Below, piece by piece: positions 33,209-41,103 of a stretch of 59,152 nt of DNA. The DNA comes from Candidatus Yanofskybacteria bacterium RIFCSPHIGHO2_01_FULL_44_24. GTDB taxonomy: Bacteria; Patescibacteriota; Minisyncoccia; 2-02-FULL-40-12; GWA2-44-9. The notes under the pieces were generated by a model. It ran no database searches. It saw only the letters and a list, made by a program, of their open reading frames with translations, and was not told the origin of the DNA. Each line of letters opens with the position of its first letter. Positions within the stretch are counted from its first letter, which is position 1. The position numbers and the translations under genes were made by a program. The stretch is from NCBI GenBank assembly GCA_001794215.1, contig MGJK01000018.1:1-59152 (forward strand). The letters run 5' to 3'.

Positions 33209-34615
33209 ATGAGCAAGGTAAGAGTCCGTATGGCGCCGAGCCCGACAGGATATCTTCATATCGGTACTGCCCGCACCGCTCTTTTCAATTGGCTTTTTGC
33301 CAAGAAAAACAAGGGAGAATTCATACTCAGGATAGAAGATACCGATCTAGAAAGGTCCGATAAGATATACGAACAAGATATAGTGGAGGGATTTAAGTGG
33401 TTGGGCCTTGATTGGAAGGGTGAAATTTTTTATCAATCAAAGCGTCTTGATATATACGAGGAATACATCGAAAAGCTGCTTAAATCGGGTAGGGCGTTTA
33501 GGTGCTATCATAGCCAGGAAGAGCTGGAAAAAGAGAGGGGCCAGCAGATGGTCGACAAAGAGGCCCCGCGCCACATTTGCAAACACAAGCTTTCGGTTTC
33601 AGCCTCCGAACAGAACGGTAGAGCCGGGATCATCAGATTGGCGGTGGACGAAAATTCCGAACGATTACTGACATTTGACGATCAGATAAGGGGCCGGATC
33701 GACTGGGAAGAAAAATTATTAGGCGATTTCAGCATTGCGAAAGATCCGAGAACGCCCCTATACAATCTGGCTGTGGTTGTAGACGATATCGATATGCAAA
33801 TATCCCATGTAATTCGGGGGGAGGATCATATATCAAACACGCCGAAACAAATATTAATTTATGAGGCCATCGCTCAGGCCGGAAAGACGCCGTTAAAGAT
33901 TCCCAAATTCGCCCATCTTCCGCTTATTCTCGGATCAGATAAATCCAAACTCTCAAAGCGCAACGGCACAACCTCGGTCAGCGAGTATAAAAAGGATTAT
34001 CTCCCCGGGGCTCTGATAAATTTTATGGGATTTCTCGGATATACATACAGCAAAGAAATTTTGTCTAAAGAAGAAATGGCTGACGAATTTGAGTTAGAGA
34101 AAATTCATAAATCCGGAGCTATCTTCGATATTAAAAAGCTGAATTGGATTAACTCCCAATATATACATGCCTTAAGCACCGACAAATTCAAAAAAATGAT
34201 TGCCGCCAAAGATGTCCCGGAAAAGGCCCTTCCTATGATTACCGAGAGATTGGAGAAGTTAACCGACGTTGCCGACTTTGACTATTTCTGGAAGAGTCCC
34301 GACTATGCAAAAGAATTATTGCGATGGAAGAAATCGGACCTTGAAACATCACTAAAAACTTTAGCCGAAGTAAAAAAGATAATTCAGGATTTTGATTTTA
34401 ACAAAGACAAGAATGAATTTAGGAAAGCTTTGGACGAATTTTCAAAGAGGGTAGGGGATCCTTCGAGTCCCTCAGGACAAGATCGTGGTTTGGTCTACTG
34501 GCCTTTGCGGGCCGCCCTGACAGGAAAAGAAAAGTCACCAGATCCTGTTGATATAGTCTATGCACTGGGTAAAGAAAAAGCCTTAGAACGGGTGTCTAAG
34601 GCGATAGAAAGGTAG
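33209..34615 (+). CDS. gltX: glutamyl-tRNA synthetase
   Basis: Start at MSKVRVRMAPSPTGYLHIGT (HIGH motif). KLSKR (KMSKS). C-terminal LRAALTGK. Confidence 0.9.
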   Translation: MSKVRVRMAPSPTGYLHIGTARTALFNWLFAKKNKGEFILRIEDTDLERSDKIYEQDIVEGFKWLGLDWKGEIFYQSKRLDIYEEYIEKLLKSGRAFRCYHSQEELEKERGQQMVDKEAPRHICKHKLSVSASEQNGRAGIIRLAVDENSERLLTFDDQIRGRIDWEEKLLGDFSIAKDPRTPLYNLAVVVDDIDMQISHVIRGEDHISNTPKQILIYEAIAQAGKTPLKIPKFAHLPLILGSDKSKLSKRNGTTSVSEYKKDYLPGALINFMGFLGYTYSKEILSKEEMADEFELEKIHKSGAIFDIKKLNWINSQYIHALSTDKFKKMIAAKDVPEKALPMITERLEKLTDVADFDYFWKSPDYAKELLRWKKSDLETSLKTLAEVKKIIQDFDFNKDKNEFRKALDEFSKRVGDPSSPSGQDRGLVYWPLRAALTGKEKSPDPVDIVYALGKEKALERVSKAIER

Positions 34616-35045
34616 CGATCGTGAAGATGGTTAAATTAACGAAACTATGAGCAGAAAAGGAGCACAGCAGTCCGCCAGCCAAAAAAGCTCTTGAAAACAT
34701 GATACCGGCGAATCCTTGAATGAATATATTTTGCCAGTAACCATGCAGATATCCAAAAATAATAGAGACTGATAGTATCGTAAGCCAAAGAACTAATTTA
34801 TTCTTGGTGACGAACCGGACCAATGTTATCGGAAAAAACCTGAAAATCAGTTCTTCCATGAGAGGAGCGAATACAACCGCAATGAAAAAGAAAGCTGGAG
34901 ACAGATCCGCTTTGGTTGCCGGTCCCGGGGGAGTCAGGCCGGTAAAATCCATAACGATTGCGACAAGGAGGGCCCAAAGGAGGTAAAAAAATCCGTATTT
35001 TACTCCGATTCTGATCCTCCAAAGAACATCTTCGCTTTTGGTCAA
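34596..35045 (-). CDS. CPBP (CAAX/Abi) family intramembrane protease
   Basis: MEELIFRFF, FGYLH and SAHSFVN. Its 3' end overlaps gltX convergently by 20 nt. Confidence 0.7.
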   Translation of the reverse strand: MTKSEDVLWRIRIGVKYGFFYLLWALLVAIVMDFTGLTPPGPATKADLSPAFFFIAVVFAPLMEELIFRFFPITLVRFVTKNKLVLWLTILSVSIIFGYLHGYWQNIFIQGFAGIMFSRAFLAGGLLCSFSAHSFVNLTIFTIATFLSP

Positions 35046-35121
35046 CTACCGACCCCTTATCAAAGATCACATGAGACAGAAACATCATGACAATCTCTTT
35101 AGTAGTCATCAAGCCTTAATT

Positions 35122-36363
35122 ATGTCGGTAATTTTACTTTTAATCGGCAGTTTCCTATGCACTAATTCTATTTCGGCTCAAACCGACGACCAGCGTATTG
35201 AAGAATTAAGACAACAAATTGAGGCCCTGGAGAAGGAAGCCCAACAATACCGCTCAAATATCGCAGGCGAGCAAGCGAAAGCCAGATCACTTCAGGGCGA
35301 AATCAGCATGCTCAACAATCAAATAAAAAATATCCAAGCACAGATGAATATTACCTCTAAGAATATAAGCAAAACCGGCATCGAGATCGAGGGCATCGAA
35401 GGTAGTATTTTTGATACTCAAAAAAATATTGACTACAAAAAAGATACGGTAGGCAGACTGGTTCTTGATCTGTACAAAAAAGACAGCGAAAGTCTTCTGA
35501 CCGTTCTTCTTAAAAACCGGAGCATCTCGGATTTCTTTAATAAAATACAATACGCAGCCAACCTCAATGCGACGCTTCTAAGCCTGATTAAGGATTTGAA
35601 AAACGATAAAGATGTTCTTGAAGATCAAAAAAATAGCTTGGAAGGAAAGAAAACCGAATTAGAAATATTGAGTCAGAAGCAAAGGCAACAGAGCACCGCA
35701 TTGAGCCAGACTAAAACCGGCAAGAATCAGCTGCTTACGCAAACCAAGGGTCAGGAAGCCCAATATCAGAAAATGCTGGCGGAAGTAGAGCGAAAGAAGT
35801 CATTATTTTTTACAGAATTGAAAGAATTAGAAACTAAAATTATTCAGGGTGGACTTTATATTCTTCGTGTCCAGGCCAAAAACTTACCTCCGAAAGGAAC
35901 TAACTTGTTTACCTGGCCAGAAGACGATTATAGGCTCACACAAGGTTATGGCTGTACATCATATGCAAGATGCGGAAGATCAAGAGGACCTTACGGGGGG
36001 GCGCCCCATAACGGCATCGATCTTGCTGCCGGTTATGGCAGTCCTATTAAGACGATAGGGGACGGCGAGATAATCGCTAACGGCAAAAATGACGGCTGGG
36101 GCAATTGGGTAGCCATCAAACATGGCCCCTATGATTTGGTAAGCCTCTACAGTCACCTGAGCGCTTTCGAGTTTCTGAGAGTCGGTACTCAGATAAAAGC
36201 GGGTCAGGTCATAGGATACGAAGGTAATACCGGAAATGTTACTGGCTCGCACGTCCACCTGAGCATCTACAAAGATTTTTTTACCTATCTGAAAGAGTCC
36301 AACGGTCAGCTTTATTTCAACTATTTCGAAGGCTCAATCAACCCTCTTGACTATCTGCCCTAA
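35122..36363 (+). CDS. coiled-coil M23/LytM peptidase (EnvC/PcsB-like architecture)
   Basis: Start set at MSVILLLIGSFLCTNSISAQ (signal peptide). Long coiled coil. HNGIDLAA...SLYSHLS...GSHVHL M23 motifs. Confidence 0.85.
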   Translation: MSVILLLIGSFLCTNSISAQTDDQRIEELRQQIEALEKEAQQYRSNIAGEQAKARSLQGEISMLNNQIKNIQAQMNITSKNISKTGIEIEGIEGSIFDTQKNIDYKKDTVGRLVLDLYKKDSESLLTVLLKNRSISDFFNKIQYAANLNATLLSLIKDLKNDKDVLEDQKNSLEGKKTELEILSQKQRQQSTALSQTKTGKNQLLTQTKGQEAQYQKMLAEVERKKSLFFTELKELETKIIQGGLYILRVQAKNLPPKGTNLFTWPEDDYRLTQGYGCTSYARCGRSRGPYGGAPHNGIDLAAGYGSPIKTIGDGEIIANGKNDGWGNWVAIKHGPYDLVSLYSHLSAFEFLRVGTQIKAGQVIGYEGNTGNVTGSHVHLSIYKDFFTYLKESNGQLYFNYFEGSINPLDYLP

Positions 36364-36434
36364 GCAATTTGCTCAATCTTTGACCAAATAACCGGCACAT
36401 CCGCTGGTTCTTGTGTTTTGTGTTATAATAAATC

Positions 36435-37694
36435 ATGGTTAAAATTCTCATCTTGGGCGGTGGTTTCGGCGGCATCCGATGCGCTCTTGATCTCGAGCGA
36501 AGACTCTCCATCGGCTTAGCAAACAACGAAATAGAAATAACTCTCTTGGACAAAAACGGCCATCATTTATTTGTGCCGGCCCTTTATGAGGTCGCCTCGG
36601 CTTATAACTTAGAGAAGGATCCTTTCGCGGTAAAAATCAAAAAAACTATCTGCATTCCCTATGCCGATATTTTCGAACGCAAGAAAATAAATTATATCCA
36701 AGCCGAAATTGCCGGCGTCGATCTTGAAAATAAGAAAATTATAACCCGTGGCGGAAATGAGTTGGCTTATGATTATTTAGTTTTTGCCCTCGGAAGCCAG
36801 ACTACGAATTTTGGGATACCGGGTGTGGCGGAATATGCGTACCAATTTAAAGGCTTAGACGACGCCTTGATGATCAACGAAAAAATAAATTCACTGCTCG
36901 AAGAAATATCCAAAGGAAAAAGAACTGTTCCTGTCAGGGTATTGATAGTCGGAGCCGGACTTACCGGAATTGAATTAGGCGCAGAAATATCATGCTGCAT
37001 GAAGAATATAGCCCGCAAGTGCCGTCTGGGCCCCGGGTGTACCATGATTACCCTATTTGAAGCCGGCCCTAAGATTCTGCCTATGGCCTCGGAACAAGAG
37101 CGTAAAATAATCAAAGACCGCCTTACAAGACTCAATATAATGATCATGGAGAACTCTCAGATTGAAGAAGTTGAGCTGGATCGGGTTAAGCTTAAGGACG
37201 GCCGCACTATACATGGGGATATGATCGTCTGGACCGCCGGAATTGAGGCCAACAGAGCTTTGCGCGAAATTAAAAATTTAAAATTAGACGCGAAGGGTAA
37301 AATAGCGGTAAACGAAAATCTTACAGCCGAAGGGTACCAGAACGTGTTTGCGATAGGTGACAATGCCGGATTCATAGATACTACCGTCCATAAGCCAGTA
37401 CCAGCTATGGCTTTTGTCGCAGGAGCAGAAGGAAAAATCGCCGCCCAAAATATTTCCAATATGATAAAAAATAAACCGTTCAAACCTTACCGACCGTTTT
37501 ACGATCTTTGGGTAGCGCCTGTCGGAGGAAAATTTTCTCTCGCCCATCTTTGGTGGGGGATCAGCATAAAGGGTTTCTGGGGCTGGATAGTGAGAGAACT
37601 CGTAGACCTAAAGTACCTTCTTTCAATTCTGCCTATTAAAAAGGCTATCAGAATCTTCTGGGAAGAGACGACTGTTTTTACCAAAAACGACTGA
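36435..37694 (+). CDS. type II NADH dehydrogenase-like FAD-dependent pyridine nucleotide-disulfide oxidoreductase
   Basis: ILILGGGFGGIRCA and LIVGAGLTGIELGAE dinucleotide folds, plus GDNA. Amphipathic/hydrophobic C-terminus. Confidence 0.8.
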   Translation: MVKILILGGGFGGIRCALDLERRLSIGLANNEIEITLLDKNGHHLFVPALYEVASAYNLEKDPFAVKIKKTICIPYADIFERKKINYIQAEIAGVDLENKKIITRGGNELAYDYLVFALGSQTTNFGIPGVAEYAYQFKGLDDALMINEKINSLLEEISKGKRTVPVRVLIVGAGLTGIELGAEISCCMKNIARKCRLGPGCTMITLFEAGPKILPMASEQERKIIKDRLTRLNIMIMENSQIEEVELDRVKLKDGRTIHGDMIVWTAGIEANRALREIKNLKLDAKGKIAVNENLTAEGYQNVFAIGDNAGFIDTTVHKPVPAMAFVAGAEGKIAAQNISNMIKNKPFKPYRPFYDLWVAPVGGKFSLAHLWWGISIKGFWGWIVRELVDLKYLLSILPIKKAIRIFWEETTVFTKND

Positions 37695-37857
37695 AAATAC
37701 GGCCTATTTTGATATATCTGTCAAATATATCCACATCATCTCCACAAAATAACAACTTGTCAGCTTGTTTAAAAATGGTGTAGTATAAAAATAGCAGGGG
37801 ATACAGAGGTTTTGAAACCAAGAGGCCGTCCTAAAACTCTTTAATCGGAATTTTGGG

Positions 37858-38355
37858 ATGGTCTCCAGGTTTACCACATTTTCATTAATGATCCTCATAT
37901 CAGGAATCGCAATGCCGATCCCGAAGGTTATTTTTGCGGATTCAAGCGATATTCCTACGCCGACTCCTTTCCAATCTTATTATCAAAAGAAGCAAGCCCT
38001 CTTTAATCAAGCAAACCAACAGCCGAGCCTTTCGGATACATCGGCCTCTCTTAATCAAAGCCTCAGCGAAGCTTTATCGCCGGCCAATACGTTGCTCAAC
38101 GGTCTACTAGGATCTTTGAAGTCTCTCAAGGGGCTGAATTTGGACTATTCGAGCTTTAACCTTCCGAAACTTCCCGAATCAACCGATACGGGACAAAACG
38201 ATGTATTGAACGGAATTAGGAATAATATATCGAGCCAGGAAGCCCTTTCAGTGATATCTTTCATAAAAGATGGGTTTGTTTTGATCCTAAAGATATTCTT
38301 AGCCACATTAAATGTGGTAACTCAGATAATAAGGGGTATCTTAAGCTTTGTTTAA
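37858..38355 (+). CDS. secreted hypothetical protein
   Basis: Signal-like N-terminus, Ser/Asn/Leu-rich, hydrophobic C-terminus. Confidence 0.5.
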   Translation: MVSRFTTFSLMILISGIAMPIPKVIFADSSDIPTPTPFQSYYQKKQALFNQANQQPSLSDTSASLNQSLSEALSPANTLLNGLLGSLKSLKGLNLDYSSFNLPKLPESTDTGQNDVLNGIRNNISSQEALSVISFIKDGFVLILKIFLATLNVVTQIIRGILSFV

Positions 38356-38570
38356 AAAAAGGGGGAAGAAGGGCCTTCCTTGCATAGCTTACTTACTACG
38401 ACACACATACGTGCTACTGCGCTCAATGCTACTTCTTCACTCTACATTCAGTCGCATAACCTACATTGTGCGACGTTTTGTATAAGTTAAAACCCCTCCT
38501 CCCCCATAGACACCGGACCCCGATATCCGCGTCTTTTAATTTCAAAAGAAAACCATTATACTCCTTCTAT

Positions 38571-39266
38571 ATGACCCGACTCATATTCGACATCGAAACA
38601 ATTGGAAATAATTTTGACTCGCTGGATGAAAAGGCCAAAGAATTTGTTACTAAGTTCGCTCAAACACCCGAAGAAGAACAAGAAGCCAAGGACGGCCTCT
38701 CATTCTCCCCTCTTACCGGGGAGGTGGTGGCAATCGGCATTTTGAATCCGGACACAGATAAAGGCGCAGTATATTTTCATGATCCGTCAGGAAAATTAGA
38801 GAAAGAATCGAAAAATAATATCCAATACAGCCCGCTAAGCTCGGAAAAGGAAGTTTTGAAAGAATTCTGGGAAACCGCTCAGCTTTACGACCAATTCATC
38901 ACTTTTAACGGCCGGGGCTTTGATTGCCCGTTTTTGATAGTCCGCTCCGCTATTCATAAAATAAGGCCGACGAAGAACTTGATGCCCAATAGATACGAAT
39001 CCGGAGATTACGGTAAAATAATAACTCACGTTGATCTCCTCGACCGCCTTACATTTTTCGGATCTGTCCGCCGTAAAGGCAATCTCCATATGTGGTGCCG
39101 GGCATTCGGAATTAAAAGCCCTAAAGCTCAGGGAATCACCGGTGATGACGTCGGAGAATTATTTAAAGATAAAAAATACATGGATATCGCCCAATACTGC
39201 GCCGGAGATTTATGGGCGACAAAAGAATTGTTCGACTATTGGGGAAAATATATTAATACAAAATAA
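38571..39266 (+). CDS. RNase H-fold 3'-5' exonuclease (PolB-exonuclease-like)
   Basis: Start at MTRLIFDIETIG (Exo I D-x-E). FNGRGFDCPFL (Exo II). YCAGDLWAT (Exo III Y-x3-D). Confidence 0.7.
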   Translation: MTRLIFDIETIGNNFDSLDEKAKEFVTKFAQTPEEEQEAKDGLSFSPLTGEVVAIGILNPDTDKGAVYFHDPSGKLEKESKNNIQYSPLSSEKEVLKEFWETAQLYDQFITFNGRGFDCPFLIVRSAIHKIRPTKNLMPNRYESGDYGKIITHVDLLDRLTFFGSVRRKGNLHMWCRAFGIKSPKAQGITGDDVGELFKDKKYMDIAQYCAGDLWATKELFDYWGKYINTK

Positions 39267-39316
39267 AAAAATCCGCTCCCCTGTCAGAAGAAGCGGATAA
39301 CGAGTAAATATACGAT

Positions 39317-39463
39317 CTACATACCGGACACCAAATGCCAGATGACAAAACCTGCAATAATTAAGCACAGACCCACATAGAAACCGCTCACGACGATGAT
39401 TCCAAAACGTTGCAAGGAAGGTATTCTTTGCCATTCCTGCTGCAATTCATGCTTCAAGCTCAT
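39317..39463 (-). CDS. 48-aa single-helix membrane micro-protein (not in ORF track)
   Basis: GAGGGG 3 nt upstream of the ATG. Sequence MSLKHELQQEWQRIPSLQRFGIIVVSGFYVGLCLIIAGFVIWHLVSGM. Confidence 0.35.
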   Translation of the reverse strand: MSLKHELQQEWQRIPSLQRFGIIVVSGFYVGLCLIIAGFVIWHLVSGM

Positions 39464-39513
39464 GTCCCCTCATCTTTTTTAAATGTTCCCTAATAATATC
39501 ACAACTATAAAAT

Positions 39514-40260
39514 ATGTCAAATTGGTATAAAGATATTCAGAGCTTTAAAAACGCCAACGGCTATGAGATAGACGGCATTTGGTATCCGCGCGTTACTTCT
39601 ATAGTAGGGATCAAGGCCAAGCCGGCTCTTTACATGTTTTACGCCGGACTGCCCGACTATAAGACAGGCGAGGCGATAAAAGCCAAATCAGCCGAAGAAG
39701 GGACTCTTATCCATGAAACAATTGAAGCAATACTAAGGAAAGACCCGGTCGTAATTCCCGAATCAATCAAACCGGCCATTTCCGCTTTCATGGATTTTTA
39801 TTCAAAAAACGAAGTCGTTGCCCACAAGATCGAAGAACGCGTTGTTTCTAAGAAGCACCACTTTGCCGGCACTATGGATGTTTTAGCCGATGTAAACGGT
39901 AAATTAGGCGTCCTGGATATAAAAACGTCCATTGCGATATACCGGGATTACTCAATGCAGACCTCAGCCTATATCGAAGCCCTACGGGAAAACCCGAACA
40001 TGCCTCCCCTAACCCGCTGGATCTTCAGAGTTGATCAATCAAGAAAATGCATTAAATGCCCTGCCACCCTGCGAGATAAAGGCGGCCGGGAAAAAATCCG
40101 GAACGAAAAAGGAAAATGCGAACACGAATGGGGTCCGATGGAGGGAGAGTATGAGATAAAAGAAATAACTACTTTCGATGAAGACATCAAGGCATTTTTG
40201 GCCTGTAAAGATCTCTGGTCTTGGGAAAATGAGTACTGGCTGAAAAAGATATATCGCTGA
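39514..40260 (+). CDS. PD-(D/E)xK RecB/Cas4-family nuclease
   Basis: GTMDVLAD...LDIKTS (D...D-x-K) and QTSAY (QxxxY), plus CxxC...C...C cysteines. Confidence 0.75.
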   Translation: MSNWYKDIQSFKNANGYEIDGIWYPRVTSIVGIKAKPALYMFYAGLPDYKTGEAIKAKSAEEGTLIHETIEAILRKDPVVIPESIKPAISAFMDFYSKNEVVAHKIEERVVSKKHHFAGTMDVLADVNGKLGVLDIKTSIAIYRDYSMQTSAYIEALRENPNMPPLTRWIFRVDQSRKCIKCPATLRDKGGREKIRNEKGKCEHEWGPMEGEYEIKEITTFDEDIKAFLACKDLWSWENEYWLKKIYR

Positions 40261-40304
40261 ATTTAAAACGGTTCGATAGGCCGTTTTAAGCAGAGCCCCT
40301 TACC

Positions 40305-40694
40305 CTATCTACTGCAATTACCAGCGAGGGTATAGCCATTGGCTTCGGCTTCTTTGTCGTAGTTAAAGAAAACTTTATTTTCTTCTTTAATCTGCTTGGC
40401 GCCAGGGCACCAGAGAAAATGGTATTTTTTAGAAGATGAGGCCCTGGAAACAACCACTCTCAGATCAAGCGGCTTGGGTGTAGCCGTTGAAAGAGTCCTC
40501 TCCCCTGTCCCCTCTTGTTTTACCGATTGAGCTCTGTAGATATTGGCTGTATTATCTTCGATCTTCATAGTTCCCTTGCCTGAGGAGCCGATCTTACCCA
40601 AATTAAAGCTTATTACCGAGATCAGGAGGATGCAGACGGCAAGGAAAATATGATGCTGATATTGTTTGACTAATAAGATGAATTTTGATAACAT
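40305..40694 (-). CDS. membrane-anchored protein with C-terminal YH-x3-C ... GY-x5-C motif
   Basis: N-terminal TM helix. The C-terminus KKYHFLWCPGAKQIKEENKVFFNYDKEAEANGYTLAGNC resembles a small metal-binding/Ada-like domain (from memory). Confidence 0.55.
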   Translation of the reverse strand: MLSKFILLVKQYQHHIFLAVCILLISVISFNLGKIGSSGKGTMKIEDNTANIYRAQSVKQEGTGERTLSTATPKPLDLRVVVSRASSSKKYHFLWCPGAKQIKEENKVFFNYDKEAEANGYTLAGNCSR

Positions 40695-40695
40695 A

Positions 40696-40795
40696 ACGTA
40701 GTTAAAGGTTCTTCAAGTTCATAATGTTCATAAAGTACGATTATATCACGACTTTACCAACTTTCAACTTTATAACTTTATAAACTTGCACGCAG
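40696..40795. repeat. R2 intergenic element (AAGTTCATAA / CTTTATAAA units), copy 1
   Basis: Shares GTTAAA(G/A)GTTC.TCAAGTTC and CAACTTT..ACTTTATAAACTTG blocks with 45797-45890. Confidence 0.7.
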
Positions 40796-40798
40796 TGC

Positions 40799-41077
40799 AT
40801 GGCACATACAAAGGCTATAGGCAGTACACAATTAGGACGCGATTCCCAGCCGAAATACTTAGGCGTTAAGTTACATGACGGCCAAGTAGCGAAGATCGGC
40901 AATATAATAATCCGCCAGAGAGGGACCAAATTTGCTCCAGGAAAAGGCGTACGTTTAGGATCTGACTACACCATATATTCAGTAGTAAACGGCAAGGTTA
41001 AATTCACAACCACCAAAAAGAAAAAATTCGATGGCTCCCGACGATTGGTCAAAGTAGTCAACGTCCTGGCAAACTAA
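40799..41077 (+). CDS. rpmA: 50S ribosomal protein L27
   Basis: MAHTKAIGSTQLGRDSQPKYLGVK...IIIRQRGTKF. Confidence 0.92.
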   Translation: MAHTKAIGSTQLGRDSQPKYLGVKLHDGQVAKIGNIIIRQRGTKFAPGKGVRLGSDYTIYSVVNGKVKFTTTKKKKFDGSRRLVKVVNVLAN

Positions 41078-41099
41078 AATTCCCCGAACGGGGAGTTTT
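41077..41099. terminator. bidirectional terminator
   Basis: AAATTCCCC-GAAC-GGGGAGTTT between convergent genes. Confidence 0.7.
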
Positions 41100-41103
41100 A
41101 GTT

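Noticed and set aside
34596-34615. 20-nt convergent overlap of gltX and the CPBP gene as a possible antisense regulatory feature
   Set aside because: Short 3'-3' overlaps are common in compact genomes, and no additional structure is visible.
40799-41077. rpmA without an adjacent rplU (L21) as evidence of ribosomal protein loss
   Set aside because: Absence from a 59-kb window says nothing about the genome. This cannot be supported here.
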